Source: Mobula hypostoma
Taxonomy: Eukaryota
DNA length: 64,000 bases
Assembly (NCBI RefSeq): GCF_963921235.1
Contig: NC_086097.1
Coordinates: 73,038,001 to 73,102,000 of the forward strand
Direction of reading: 5' to 3'
This document shows positions 63,546-64,000 of this stretch, piece by piece (the first letter of the stretch is position 1; each line of letters starts with the position of its first letter). The position numbers were made by a program, and so were the translations under genes. The notes under the pieces are model-generated. The model worked only from the letters and a program-made list of their open reading frames with translations, had not been told where the DNA came from and did no database searches.

Positions 63546-64000
63546 CTTTATTGTCACCAAACAATTGATACTAGAGCGTACAATCATCACAGCGATATTT
63601 GATTCTGTGCTTTGCGCTCCCTGGAGTACAAATCGATAGTAAATAGTAAACATTTAAATTATAAATCATAAATAAAAAAGGGAAAGTAAAGTAGTGCAAA
63701 AAACTGAGAGACAGGTCCGGATATTTGGAGGGTACGACCCAGATCCGGGTCAGGATCCGTTCAGCAGTCTTATCACAGTTGGAAAGAAGCTGTTCCCAAA
63801 TCTGGCCGTACAAGTCTTCAAGCTCCTGAGCCTTCTCCCGGAGGGAAGAGGGACGAAAAGTGTGTTGGCTGGGTGTGTTGCGTCCTTGATTATCCTGGCA
63901 GCACTGTTCTAACAGCATGCGGTGTAAAGTGAGTCCAAGGACGGAAGATTGGTTTGTGTGATGTGCTGGGCTGTATTCACGATCTTCTGCAGCTTCTGGT
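63546..64000 (-). mobile_element. Rex1-family 3' end, same subfamily as 19575-20059; runs off the window
   Basis: Near-collinear reverse complement of 19575-20059 (CCAAACAATTGATACTAGA..CAGGATCCGTTCAGCAGTCTTATCACAGTTGG..GATCTTCTGCAGCTTCT). Confidence 0.92.

Overview
This is AT-rich vertebrate genomic DNA, most likely from a cartilaginous fish (inferred from the repeat landscape: CR1/HER1-type LINEs, V-SINE/HE1-like SINEs, abundant Penelope and Rex1/Babar elements). Much of the window is decayed, heavily nested transposons: two Ty3/Gypsy families, RTE, CR1, Rex1, Penelope, Tc1, PIF/Harbinger, SINEs and a MITE. The only long ORF (39425-41059, 544 aa) is a young CR1 reverse transcriptase. I could not recognise any intact host protein-coding gene. 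Three non-transposon signals stand out. (1) The non-repeat DNA from about 13.7 to 56.4 kb holds a collinear series of + strand, AG/GT-bounded exon-like blocks. Their stop- and frameshift-ridden translations repeat the VWA3A/VWA3B module about 7-8 times, suggesting a decayed multi-vWA gene with more modules than I recall for either known paralogue. (2) An intronless, 5'-truncated HOOK3 retrocopy lies at about 15970-16720. (3) A CpG-island promoter lies at about 58950-59800. All protein comparisons were made by eye against sequences recalled from memory; no searches were run, and element boundaries are approximate.
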